Origin: an uncultured Rivularia sp.
Lineage (GTDB): Bacteria; Cyanobacteriota; Cyanobacteriia; Cyanobacteriales; Nostocaceae
Reading direction: 5' to 3'
NCBI GenBank assembly: GCA_963665115.1
Contig: OY762007.1
Coordinates: 3,168,001 to 3,232,000 of the forward strand
Length of the DNA: 64,000 bases
Below the pieces are notes generated by a model. It did no database searches. It was not told the DNA's origin and saw only the letters and a program-made list of their open reading frames with translations. Positions 10,659 to 21,391 of this stretch are shown piece after piece. Position numbers and translations under genes: made by a program. The stretch's first letter is position 1; each line of letters starts with the position of its first letter.

Positions 10659-11039
10659 TTAACAATACTGCGAAATGTCCTCGCCACATTCATCAGCCAA
10701 ATAACACAATCCTCTAAAACGCAATCCAACCACTTCTTCATATAACGGGTTGAGCTTGCACATTGGAGGAATGTGGAACAAAGTTCTACCAAATAAGTTT
10801 ACATCTCGCTCAAACGGACATTGAGCCGGAATTAACTTACAAACACGATGAGCAAATTGGCGATCGCGCACTTGGATATTATCTACCCAAATCCGCAGGG
10901 GTTTTAAAATATCGAACCGAGGTTGTTTGATACTCGGATTCTGCTGCTGGGTTAAATTTGCTTCACTTTCTTGTTCTTGATTGATTGATACCCAGCTTGC
11001 CAGAAATATTTTTCTTGTGGTATTATTGAATACCTTCAT
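10659..11039 (-). CDS. Mo-dependent nitrogenase C-terminal domain protein
   Basis: CKLIPAQCPFERD..HIPPMCKLNPLYEE..LRFRGLCYLADECGED. Confidence 0.9.
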   Translation of the reverse strand: MKVFNNTTRKIFLASWVSINQEQESEANLTQQQNPSIKQPRFDILKPLRIWVDNIQVRDRQFAHRVCKLIPAQCPFERDVNLFGRTLFHIPPMCKLNPLYEEVVGLRFRGLCYLADECGEDISQYC

Positions 11040-12089
11040 TTTTTTTTCCTCTAATCCTTTGAGGGTGTTTTTGTCAATTCAACTAACATCTACGAAGGGG
11101 TAAATCAACTTTTGCGAGAAGCCTTTTATCCTGACGAAGATTGCATCTATTTTGTTCGGCAGCTTCCTTAATTGAAAGCTGTCCTTTGCTACGTCAAGTT
11201 AAGCGCAATTTTGCTGAAACCGGAAGTGTGATACTTCTATCTTGTTTATAACTTGACGTATTTGAAAGTTTAGTAAAGTCATCTACCTACAGGAATATTG
11301 TAGTGTAACATTTACAATATTTAACACAAAACTTTTTGATCGGTAAAATTGACAATAAGTTTTGTCCCAAATGCTATCCAAGGTTAGCGCAGACTGCTGA
11401 GAAGTGGCTAGTGTTTACATCACATCAAAGAGCCAATCTAAGCAAGTCTTGTGCCGTTAATAAGTCTTTATGGCTTATAAATCTCAATTTTCGTCTTCTT
11501 TCGCTAAATACAGCGTAATATTCTGCGATTGACTATTTAAAGAATAAGAGAATAGTTGTTATCGTTGTAACGTCGAAGTACCTATTGTGAAGCATCTCAA
11601 CTGTATTATTGAAGCGATTTAAATCTTGTATTAATAATCTCAATATTTTTATTAGTTATTGAATATACCTATTGCAGGACGTTTGAACCTAGATAGCTAT
11701 TGATCCTGGATTATTTTGTTTAGATAGAATTTTTACAAATAGATTTGCTTTTACCTATCCACTTGTAAGTATTATTTTTGAGAATATTCTCTCTGAGGAC
11801 TTTTATTATTCATTATTGACGACTGAATTGGGGAGAGCAAAATTTTTGAAAGATTATAGTGGCTTTGGGTTGAATAAAATATATTTATAGTGGTATGGAC
11901 ATATTGCCCTTGCTAATCCATTCATTTATCGTTAAAAATTAAAAATTGTTTGTGGTAATCAAGGTTCTAGTTGGCGGCTTTAACCCCTCATGATTCGGAA
12001 TTCGGAGGCGAGTACAGCGTTTACTACAAACTCTTTAAATTAATGTGGCGGAATACTATTATTACACTTTGCATTAGTTTTGATCGGTT

Positions 12090-12117
12090 GTAGAGACGTG
12101 ATATGTCGCGTCTCTAC
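12090..12117. repeat. small dispersed palindromic repeat
   Basis: GTAGAGACG..CGTCTCTAC; degenerate relative near 35398-35427. Confidence 0.7.
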
Positions 12118-12146
12118 TTACAATAGCAATTTAAGGCATCCATAAT

Positions 12147-12182
12147 AAAATCCTCCTTATCAGAAAGAAAAGGAGGATTTTA
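12147..12182 (-). terminator. intrinsic terminator downstream of rnj
   Basis: AAAATCCTCCTT..AAGGAGGATTTT. Confidence 0.7.
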
Positions 12183-12254
12183 ACTTAAAGGTAAGGTTTC
12201 AAGACTTTATTCTAAATAAATCAAGAATGTCCTTCCCACAAAATTTCTCAAAAC

Positions 12255-14030
12255 TTAAGATGCAACTTGTTGAGCAGCAGTACGAGTACGTCTTCTTCTA
12301 CCATCCGAAGCTGCCGCTGGTGGTTCATCTGGAATCTGCATCAACAAAGTAACGGTAGGCTGACATCGTAATTCTCGTCGTAAATTACGCGCCAAATCTC
12401 GTTCTATCATTTCTTGCAAACCACCCCAATCGATATCTGGCTTTTTACCATTCATAGGTTGACCAAATTCTTCCCAGCGCAACGCCAATATTTCTTCAAA
12501 TCGCTGCTGTACCCATTTATGTACCATAGATTTTTCCATGCTGGTAACTACACCCCGCAAGTGAATCTCCGGTTTCGCCATAATTTTACCGTTCCAATCA
12601 ACTGCTGCTGCAACAGTAACGATACCTTCTTCTGCCATGCGCTGACGTTCTAGCAAGACTTTATCGCTTACCATACCAGAACCAGAAGTATCTACTAATT
12701 CCAAACCGGATGGTACAGAACCCGCAACACTAATAGAATTTTCTCTCAATTCAACAATATTGCCATTCTCAATAATTACCATATTATCGGCAGGAATACC
12801 CATACTTTGGGCTGTTTGAGAATGTTTCACTAACATTCTATGTTCGCCATGAACGGGTAAGAAAAACTTAGGCTTCGTCAAGGCTAGCATCAACTTGTGG
12901 TCTTCCTGACAGCCGTGACCGGAAACATGAATCCCTTTATCGCGACCGTAGATAACATGAGCACCTTGCTGCATTAATTTGTCAATAACTCCAACCACTG
13001 CAATGGTATTTCCAGGAATCGGATTAGCTGAAAATGCAACTGTATCCCCTTCCCTTATCTTAATATGAGGATGGTCTCCCCTAGCAATACGAGTCATCGC
13101 CGCCATTGTCTCGCCTTGAGAACCAGTAGTTAAAATCAATACCTTGTCATCTGGCAAACTACGAGCAACGTGCAAAGGTTGAAATAGCTTATCTTCGCAT
13201 TTTATGTAGCCAAGATTGCGAGCGTGGGCAATCAGGTTCAACATCGAACGTCCAACTACAGATACTGCTCGACCATGTTTTTGCGCCAACTGCAAAATCA
13301 TATTAATTCGATGTACTGAGGAAGCAAAGGTAGTGATGAAAAGTCTACCTTCAGCTAGCATTACAACTTTTTCCAAATTTGGATAAACCGAACGTTCCGA
13401 AGGAGTAAATCCAGGTACTTCTGCGTTCGTAGAATCGCTCATCAAGCAAAGTACGCCTTTCTCACCATGTTCGGCTAACCGTTGCAAATCAAAGTGTTCT
13501 CCATCTACTGGAGTATGGTCAACTTTGAAATCTCCGGAATGAATTACTATCCCTAATGGTGTATGTATTGCAACCGTAAAACTATCGCAAATACTGTGGG
13601 TGTTGCGAATATACTCTACCAAGAAGTTTTTACCAATTCGCACCATATCGCGGGGTTTCACCGTTTTTATTTCGGTACGATCGCGAACTCCAGCTTCTTC
13701 TAGTTTGCGCTCTAGCATTGCCATTGCCAATCTAGGGCCGTGAATCACGGGAATATCAAACTGTTTGAGGTGAAAAGCAATACCGCCAATATGATCTTCG
13801 TGCCCGTGGGTAACAACCATACCCTTAATTTTGTGACGATTTTCTCTCACATAAGTCATGTCTGGTAAGACAATATTGACTCCATGCATTTGTTCGGTAG
13901 GAAAAGCTAAACCAGCATCTAGAAGAATGATTTCGTCTTCATATTCAAAAATACAGGTATTTTTTCCAATTTCATGCAGTCCGCCCAATGGAATAATTTT
14001 AAGAGCAGAAGTTACTTCTTTCTTAGCCAT
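12255..14030 (-). CDS. rnj: ribonuclease J
   Basis: PLGGLHEIGKN, THGHEDHIG, HVSGHG, PVHGE. Confidence 0.95.
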   Translation of the reverse strand: MAKKEVTSALKIIPLGGLHEIGKNTCIFEYEDEIILLDAGLAFPTEQMHGVNIVLPDMTYVRENRHKIKGMVVTHGHEDHIGGIAFHLKQFDIPVIHGPRLAMAMLERKLEEAGVRDRTEIKTVKPRDMVRIGKNFLVEYIRNTHSICDSFTVAIHTPLGIVIHSGDFKVDHTPVDGEHFDLQRLAEHGEKGVLCLMSDSTNAEVPGFTPSERSVYPNLEKVVMLAEGRLFITTFASSVHRINMILQLAQKHGRAVSVVGRSMLNLIAHARNLGYIKCEDKLFQPLHVARSLPDDKVLILTTGSQGETMAAMTRIARGDHPHIKIREGDTVAFSANPIPGNTIAVVGVIDKLMQQGAHVIYGRDKGIHVSGHGCQEDHKLMLALTKPKFFLPVHGEHRMLVKHSQTAQSMGIPADNMVIIENGNIVELRENSISVAGSVPSGLELVDTSGSGMVSDKVLLERQRMAEEGIVTVAAAVDWNGKIMAKPEIHLRGVVTSMEKSMVHKWVQQRFEEILALRWEEFGQPMNGKKPDIDWGGLQEMIERDLARNLRRELRCQPTVTLLMQIPDEPPAAASDGRRRRTRTAAQQVAS

Positions 14031-14301
14031 GTTTTTCCTTAATTGATAAATTAGTTGGATTTTTCTTTTCAGTTAAAAGCTTGATTAGACTTTTTTATCA
14101 GACAACCTTTATTGGTTTTTTCCTGCATAGTCTTTTTTTTGCAAGATTATATTAATATCGAATTATCATTCATCACGGATTACAAATACCGCTGGCAAAA
14201 ACGTCTTCGCCCGTCAATTGCAAAACAACAATCTTTAAAAACAAGCCTGTTAACAACTATTATATGTATTATATTTTACACTATAATTGTGAATACATCA
14301 T

Positions 14302-15192
14302 CTAAACTTTATTCAAATTCAGTTCTTCTAACACTGTTTCTAATTGTTGAGTTAATTCAGATTCAGCTTCATATAAAGGTAGACGAGTTGAACCAACATC
14401 CCATCCTTGAAGATTTAAAGCTGCTTTAACCGGAATAGGATTTGCAGTCGCAAATAAAACTTTGAACAATGGAAAAAGTTTCAGATGAATATCTGTGGCA
14501 GCTTGAACCTTACCATCTTTAAAAGCTTGAATCATCTGCTGTAATTGCAAACCAACTAGATGAGAAGCCACACTTACTATACCTTTTGCCCCAACAGATA
14601 ACAAAGGCAAAGTCATGTAATCATCACCAGAGTAAATCTGAAATTCTGGTGGTGTCAAGCGTCGCATTTGACTTGCTTGATCTATATTTCCAGTTGATTC
14701 TTTTATACCGACAATATTATCTATTTCGGCTAATCGGGCTACTGTTTGGGGCTGTAGGTTTTGACCAGTACGACCCGGAACATTGTATAACAACAATGGT
14801 AACTCAGGTACGGCTTCTGCTATTGCCTGAAAATGACGATAAAGTCCAGCTTGCGGGGGCTTGTTGTAATAAGGTACAACTTGCAACGAACCATGTACTC
14901 CCATTTTAGCTGCTTCTTGTGTAGCCGCTACTGCTTCTTTTGTAGAATTAGAGCCACACCCTGCAATTACTTTTGCTTTACCGGATACAGCTTGCAATAC
15001 ACATTTAAACAATTGGTATTCTTCATCCCAACTCATGCTGGGAGATTCACCTGTTGTTCCGCAGACTATAAATGTATCGGTACCGTTTTCGGCGAGATGT
15101 ACGGCTAATTTTTCCGCTACATCGTAATTGACGCTACCGTCTTCTTTAAACGGCGTAACCATTGCCGTTATAACGTTTCCAAAATCTACCAC
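14302..15192 (-). CDS. dapA: 4-hydroxy-tetrahydrodipicolinate synthase
   Basis: GTTGES, PYYNKP, YNVPGRT, GIKES, YSGDD. Confidence 0.95.
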   Translation of the reverse strand: MVDFGNVITAMVTPFKEDGSVNYDVAEKLAVHLAENGTDTFIVCGTTGESPSMSWDEEYQLFKCVLQAVSGKAKVIAGCGSNSTKEAVAATQEAAKMGVHGSLQVVPYYNKPPQAGLYRHFQAIAEAVPELPLLLYNVPGRTGQNLQPQTVARLAEIDNIVGIKESTGNIDQASQMRRLTPPEFQIYSGDDYMTLPLLSVGAKGIVSVASHLVGLQLQQMIQAFKDGKVQAATDIHLKLFPLFKVLFATANPIPVKAALNLQGWDVGSTRLPLYEAESELTQQLETVLEELNLNKV

Positions 15193-15409
15193 TACTAAAT
15201 TTACTCCTAATTACATAAAGGCAGTTAAAACATTCATTAGTGGCTGTCTACCTGTTTGATAACTGAAAGCCATTTCTTCTTCAAGGGCAAATGATACCTT
15301 ATTCATTACTTTTTTATCCTCAAATTAATATTGATTAATTAATAACAATTGTTTGCTTAATTTTTTTTTGATAATTATTCTAATATCTTACATAGAAGAT
15401 TATCTTATT

Positions 15410-16432
15410 TCAGGATGCTAGCATATTATTTTCTACCAGCAATTCGGCAATTTGCACGGCATTCAAAGCCGCTCCTTTCCGGATTTGATCCCCACACAAC
15501 CATAGCTCCAAGCCGGATTCATGAGAGATGTCCTGACGAATTCTTCCTACTAAAACGTCATCTTTTCCTGTTGCTTCCGAAGGCATAGGAAAATAATTAG
15601 CTTGCCAATCTTCTATTAATTTTACACCTTTAGACTTACTTAAAATTTCTCTTGCTTCCTCTATATTAAAAGGTGTTTCAAATTCTAAATTAATTGCTTC
15701 TGAATGAGCCCGTAATACAGGTACTCTAACGCAAGTTGCAGTAATCCTAATATCCTGATTATTAAAAATTTTGCGAGTTTCATTGACCATTTTCATTTCT
15801 TCCTCGCAATAACCTGCCGAATTTAATGGAGAATTATGTGGGAATAAGTTAAATGCCAATGGATAAGGAAATACTTTTGCTACTGGTTCTTTTCCTTCTA
15901 AAATATCTAAACTTTGATTTTTTACTTCTTCCATCGCTTTAGCACCAGCACCGCTAGCAGACTGGTAAGTAGCCACAACTATACGTTTGATCGGCTTTAC
16001 TTTATGCAAAGGAAATATGCCCACCGCCATCAAAATAGTTGTGCAATTGGGGTTAGCAATAATGCCTTTGTGGTTAACTACAGCTTCAGGATTTACTTCC
16101 GGTACTATTAAAGGAACTTCAGGATTCATCCGGAAAGCGCTGGAATTATCAACTACCACCGCACCTTTCTCTACTGCTTTGGGTGCCCAAACTTTAGAAA
16201 TAGAACCACCAGCAGAAGCTAATACCAAATCTACGTTTTCTAAAGTCGCTTCGCTTACGGCTTCTACTAATAAATTTTCTCCTTTGAAAGGTAATTTTTT
16301 CCCCGCACTACGTTCTGAAGCTAATAATTTTAGCTCGGTTAGAGGAAAATCTCTTTCTTCAAGTAATTCTAGCAATTCTGTGCCTACAGCACCAGTCGCT
16401 CCCAAAATAGCTACACGATAGGCTTGAGCCAA
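15410..16432 (-). CDS. asd: aspartate-semialdehyde dehydrogenase
   Basis: GATGAVG, DNSSAFRM, NPNCTT, RKGAALNAVQIAE. Confidence 0.95.
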   Translation of the reverse strand: MAQAYRVAILGATGAVGTELLELLEERDFPLTELKLLASERSAGKKLPFKGENLLVEAVSEATLENVDLVLASAGGSISKVWAPKAVEKGAVVVDNSSAFRMNPEVPLIVPEVNPEAVVNHKGIIANPNCTTILMAVGIFPLHKVKPIKRIVVATYQSASGAGAKAMEEVKNQSLDILEGKEPVAKVFPYPLAFNLFPHNSPLNSAGYCEEEMKMVNETRKIFNNQDIRITATCVRVPVLRAHSEAINLEFETPFNIEEAREILSKSKGVKLIEDWQANYFPMPSEATGKDDVLVGRIRQDISHESGLELWLCGDQIRKGAALNAVQIAELLVENNMLAS

Positions 16433-16797
16433 ATCCTAAACCTCCTGTCAAAGGTAATATTTACAATGATTCATAAAATTAATAAATATATTATTCTGCA
16501 AAACCTTAATAGCATTTAAACGAATTTCACCGTATTTGTAAATGATTTTTAATATCAGAAATAACTATATTTGTTCTTTACTTAATTTATTCTTTAATAT
16601 TTTCTTATTTAAGACTTCCCTCATTATCGCGTACTTTACAACAATTATTAATTAAGTTACCTACTTATATTTTATAAATAAACATATAAAGTATATATTA
16701 TACACCATTATCGCTCTTGGAAGTCAAAGTATAGCGCAAATTATTTATGCGTTATTGTACGGCACTGCACCTTAATTGGGAGATTATCAAAACGGCA

Positions 16798-16825
16798 TTG
16801 ACTAGAAGGGTTGATGTACTATGAT
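16798..16825 (+). promoter_or_regulatory. candidate sigma70 promoter far upstream of tig
   Basis: TTGACT-16 nt-TATGAT. Confidence 0.4.
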
Positions 16826-17289
16826 TCAGATGGTCTGCCGTTTTCTATCAAGCAGGCGAACAAGAATAATAATGATATAATTCACCGGATTGTGCTGTCT
16901 TGTGTCGCTCTAACTCTACTAAGCGGATGAAAGCCTTCCTCCAACGGAAAGACAGTTCTTAAGGTGGAATGTGGGTTGAAAGGACTCGACCATATCGCGG
17001 TCCCGGACTCCGGCATTAAGTGCAAATCCCACGAATATAATTTTGGGTCTTGCAATTAATATATAACCGTTCGAGAGCAAATTTCAGCAACTGAACTGCG
17101 TTTAAAGGATTTTTCCCCACAAAGCAGGCATCAAACAAGCGCCTAAATTAGGCTCCAAGTAGGCTCCGAGATTTTTTATCTTGTTGGAATTGTCAACAAT
17201 ATTAATTTCAATTTCCTTCGACAAGCGCGACGGATAAGACGTTCGCCCCCCTTTAAGTAAAAAAAGTAGCAGAAAATAGAAACAAGTCT

Positions 17290-18733
17290 ATGAAAGTCAC
17301 CCAGGAAAAACTGCCAGCCAGTCAAATCGGTTTAGAAATAGAAATTGCGCCGGAAAAAACCAAGCAAACCTATGAAAAGGTAATTCAAAATTACGCTAAG
17401 CAAGCCAACGTTTCAGGGTTTCGCAAAGGTAAGGTACCTCGGCAGATATTGCTACAGCGCTTGGGAAAAACTCGCATTAAAGCAGCCGCAATCGAAGAAC
17501 TGATTCAAGATAGTATTGGTGAAGCGATAAAGCTCGAAAGTATTGAAGCTATCGGCCAGCCGGAGTTGCGCTCTTCTTTTGAAGAATTGATGGATAGTTA
17601 TGAGCCAGGAAAACCTTTGACTTTTTCTGCTGCGGTTGATGTACCACCGCAAATCGATTTGGGCGAGTATTCGGGTTTGCAGTTCAAAGCCGAGGAAGTT
17701 ACGTATGATAACGAACAGGTAGATAAAGTTTTGGAAAGCGAGCGTCAGCAGATGGCGACTTTAATTCCTGTCGAAGGGTCGTCCGGCGCAGTTGGGAGAT
17801 ACTTCGATTCTTGACTTTAAAGGCTTTTTGGCTCCTGAAGAAGGTGCAGATCCTGATGCAGAACTCGAGGTAATTCCCGGTGCGGAAGCTACCGACTTTC
17901 AAGTTGATTTAGAAGAAGATAAATTTATTCCCGGCTTTATCTCGGGAATCATAGGAATGAATTCTGGAGAAACAAAAGAAGTTGACGCTCAGTTCCCAGA
18001 CCCTTATGCCAATGAGGAATTAGCAGGAAAAGCCGCTAAATTCACGGTAACGCTCAAAGAATTAAAGGAAAAGGAACTTCCCGAACTAAATGATGATTTT
18101 GCTCAGGAAGTCAGCGAATTTGAAAATTTAACCGAGTTACGCAATTCTTTAGAGGAGCGGTTTAAGAAAGAAAGCGACGATAATGCGAAAGCGAAAAAGC
18201 AAGAGGGTTTGTTAAGCGAATTAGTTAAGCACGCAACATTTGACTTACCAGAAACAATGGTTCAGCAGGAAGTCGATGCAATGTTGACTCAAACTGCAAT
18301 GCGTCTTTCCCAGCAAGGTTTGGACATTAAAAAGCTTTTTAACCAAGATACTATTCCCCAACTGCGCGAACGTTCCCGTGGGGAAGCAGTTGACAGGCTG
18401 CAAAGAACTCTTGCTCTACGTGAAGTTGGCGAACGCGAATCTATTAAAGCAACTCCTGAAGAAGTAGAAGCTAGGTTCAAAGAAGTCATGGAAGAATATT
18501 CCGGGCAGGATGTCGATCCACAGAGAGTTAAAGAAGCGGTTGAAAACGAATTATTAACTGAAAAAATCATCGACTGGCTCTTGGAACGTTCTGAAATTGA
18601 ACTTGTACCCGAAGGTTCCTTGAATCCTCCAGAAACCGAGACGGAAGAGGAAACTGTAGAATCACAACAAGAAAACGAAAATGATTCTGAGGGTGAAGAA
18701 CAAGAAACTGTCTCGGCTTATTCACAAGAATAA
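17290..18733 (+). CDS. tig: trigger factor (apparent +1 frameshift at 17776-17778)
   Basis: GFRKGKVP, FIPGF, FPDPY..LAGK..F, ELPELNDDFA; upstream of clpP-clpX. Confidence 0.95.
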
Positions 18734-18904
18734 TGGCAGTTTATAGCACTCAGCAATCGATCTAAAATAAAGATACACGCTTCTAGAATTGTTGCCTACC
18801 TCTGTTAATGGCGATCGCTGAGTGTTGCCGAATTTGAGTTTAAGTTTAAATTGAAAACAGGGGGAGTAACTGTTAGCTAATTTCTACCCAAAACTGGACA
18901 TATC

Positions 18905-19066
18905 TTACCGTTTGTCTAGTTTTTCTCGCGCCATACGTTCAATTACATCGCTCAAACTATTAGCACCTAATCCGACTTGTTTTTCTTCTAACCATTTAAT
19001 GGCGGTTTCCGTCAAAGTCATAGTAAATCTACGCTTTGGCTCACCATAAATCTTTTTACCAGGCAT
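18905..19066 (-). CDS. 53-aa ribbon-helix-helix/CopG-like protein (not in ORF track)
   Basis: MPGKKIYGEPKRRFTMTLTETAIKWLEEKQVGLGANSLSDVIERMAREKLDKR; divergent from tnpB. Confidence 0.7.
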   Translation of the reverse strand: MPGKKIYGEPKRRFTMTLTETAIKWLEEKQVGLGANSLSDVIERMAREKLDKR

Positions 19067-19128
19067 ATTAACAATCTCAGATTACTCATACATGATATGA
19101 TTATGATAGATTTGAAAGGTCGAGTCAA

Positions 19129-20454
19129 ATGCTTCTAAGTATCAAGATTGAATTAAAGCCTTCGGACAAACAGGTTACGCAATTCCGTAAAGCTTCTGGA
19201 GTAGCGCGTCATGCTTATAACTGGGCTAATGCAACAGTTAACGAAGTCTTAAAGCTGCGTGAAACCGACAAGACAATTAAAATCCCTTCAGCTATTGACT
19301 TGCACAAAAGGTTAGTAACTGAAGTTAAGTCTGTTAATGCTTGGTATTACGAAACTAATAAGAACGTTCCACAACAAGCATTAAAAGAACTTCGTACAGC
19401 GTGGGATAGATGCTTTAAGAAAGTTGCTAAACAGCCTAGATTCAAGAAAAAAGGTCAACGCGATTCGTTTTATTTAGAATCAGGGAGTAAAGCGTCTCCT
19501 AAGATTAAAAATGATGGTAAGCGGGTTAAATTACCTTCTATTGGTTGGGTGCGATTAGCTGAACCTTTACCTGTTAGTGCAACACATAATTGTGTTATTT
19601 CTCGCACTGCTGACAGATGGTTTATTGCTATAAAATATCAGATTAAAAAACCATCTATAGAAGCTAATAGACCAACTGTAGGCGTTGATACAGGTATTAA
19701 AGAATTAGCTGTTTGTTCAAACGGTAAGGTATTTAAAAACCCAAAAGCTTACCGTCAAATGAGTCAGCGGATGAAACGTCTACAACGTTCTGTTAGCAGA
19801 AAACAGAAAGGTTCTAGCAATCGGAAAAAAACAGTTTCTAAACTAGCTAGATTGCACGCACGAATAGCGAATATTCGCAAAGATGCAATTCACAAATTAA
19901 CTACTTATCTTGCTAAAAACCACAGCATTATTAAGATAGAAGAATTATCAATCAAGGCATTCTTAAAAAATCACAAACTAGCAGGTGCAATTGCTGACTG
20001 TGGGATGTACGAGTTCAAGCGTCAATTAGAATATAAAACTGAGAAATTTTCTAGTCAATTAATCTTAGTTGATAGAATGTTTCCTAGTTCTCAGATTTGT
20101 TCTAATTGCGGAAATCATCGCCATAGAATGCCATTAAAACACCGCATTTATGTTTGCCCAGATTGTGGTCATACAGAAGATAGAGACTTAAATGCCAGTA
20201 AAAACATAGAACGATGGTTTGAAGGAATTTATATTCCGGTTCGTATGGCTAACGCCACGCTATCGCTATCGGATCAAACGGTAAGCTCTACCGAGATTGC
20301 CTGTGGAGTGGACAAACCACCGTCACTTCGACACCGGGCGAAGCCCGTGTCGAGTGACTCCTTCAATCGTCAGATTGAAGCCACGACGAAACAGGAAGTT
20401 AACGCCGAAACTACAAATGTCCACTTAAGTCTAGACTTGGGTAGTTTTGGGTAA
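19129..20454 (+). CDS. tnpB: RNA-guided endonuclease TnpB
   Basis: RuvC D (GVDTG), E (KIEEL), D (DRDLNAS); CSNC..CPDC zinc finger. Confidence 0.92.
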   Translation: MLLSIKIELKPSDKQVTQFRKASGVARHAYNWANATVNEVLKLRETDKTIKIPSAIDLHKRLVTEVKSVNAWYYETNKNVPQQALKELRTAWDRCFKKVAKQPRFKKKGQRDSFYLESGSKASPKIKNDGKRVKLPSIGWVRLAEPLPVSATHNCVISRTADRWFIAIKYQIKKPSIEANRPTVGVDTGIKELAVCSNGKVFKNPKAYRQMSQRMKRLQRSVSRKQKGSSNRKKTVSKLARLHARIANIRKDAIHKLTTYLAKNHSIIKIEELSIKAFLKNHKLAGAIADCGMYEFKRQLEYKTEKFSSQLILVDRMFPSSQICSNCGNHRHRMPLKHRIYVCPDCGHTEDRDLNASKNIERWFEGIYIPVRMANATLSLSDQTVSSTEIACGVDKPPSLRHRAKPVSSDSFNRQIEATTKQEVNAETTNVHLSLDLGSFG

Positions 20455-20677
20455 GTTTAATAGAGCGGATGCACGAATTTTAATAAAACTTAAAAGGGAT
20501 AGCAGTACAGTTCTGTCTTAAAACATGGCGGTAAATTGATGAAAATCCACACGATCTTCATTTATATGAGGCATAATGGTTAACACATACTGTCTTATAG
20601 AAATTCGGTTATTGTTATAAACAAGCAGCAATTGCTGTCTTTTAGCTACTGTTGTCTTAAAAGTCAATTATCTCTTT

Positions 20678-21382
20678 ATGCTTGTATCGCAGTCGGGAAA
20701 TTACCCAGTTAGTAGTTTGAATCAATTATCTATCTATTCGCAGAGCGATAGCCCCCAGTGTAATTCAATGCTGCCCACGGTAGTAGAACAGTCAGGCATG
20801 GGTGAAAGGGCTTTTGATATCTATTCGCGCCTTCTAAGAGAGCGAATTATCTTCTTGGGAACTCCCATCGATGATGCAGTTGCGAACTCACTTGTCGCTC
20901 AACTATTGTTTCTGGATGCTGACGACTCAGAAAAAGATATACAAATATACGTAAATTCCCCTGGCGGCTCGGTCACGGCAGGCATGGCAATTTATGATAC
21001 AATTCAACAAATCCGTCCAGACGTAGTAACTATATGTTTTGGATTAGCTGCTAGCATGGGTGCTTTATTACTAACAGCTGGAACCGCCGGTAAGCGGATG
21101 TCTCTTCCGGATTCGCGGATCATGATTCATCAACCTTTAGGCGGCGCTCAGGGACAAGCAGTGGATATAGAAATCCAAGCTAAAGAAATTCTTTATCATA
21201 AGTCTAAGTTGAATGAGATTTTAGCATCTCATACTGGTCAACCATTAGAAAAAATAGAAGCTGATACCGAACGAGATTTCTTCATGTCGGCATCCGAAGC
21301 CAAAAACTACGGGTTAATCGATCAGGTTATCTCTAGGCAAAATCTTCCCCCAGCAGGGGAAAACGTTACTAGTGTGAAATAA
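20678..21382 (+). CDS. clpP: Clp protease proteolytic subunit
   Basis: [28 protein letters not shown]. Confidence 0.95.
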   Translation: MLVSQSGNYPVSSLNQLSIYSQSDSPQCNSMLPTVVEQSGMGERAFDIYSRLLRERIIFLGTPIDDAVANSLVAQLLFLDADDSEKDIQIYVNSPGGSVTAGMAIYDTIQQIRPDVVTICFGLAASMGALLLTAGTAGKRMSLPDSRIMIHQPLGGAQGQAVDIEIQAKEILYHKSKLNEILASHTGQPLEKIEADTERDFFMSASEAKNYGLIDQVISRQNLPPAGENVTSVK

Positions 21383-21391
21383 GAGGCTGGT

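Larger units (their letters stand above)
18863..20468 (+). mobile_element. non-autonomous IS607-like TnpB element between tig and clpP (ends approximate)
   Basis: G-run at 18860-18864 and terminal AGAGCGG; TACCCAAAACT (18885) inverted to AGTTTTGGGTA (20443); no TnpA. Confidence 0.7.

Noticed and set aside
11294..11321. NtcA box
   Set aside because: GTA and TAC are 10 nt apart rather than the canonical 8.
16922..17032. tRNA gene upstream of tig
   Set aside because: No T-loop or D-loop consensus; kept only as a structured-leader candidate.
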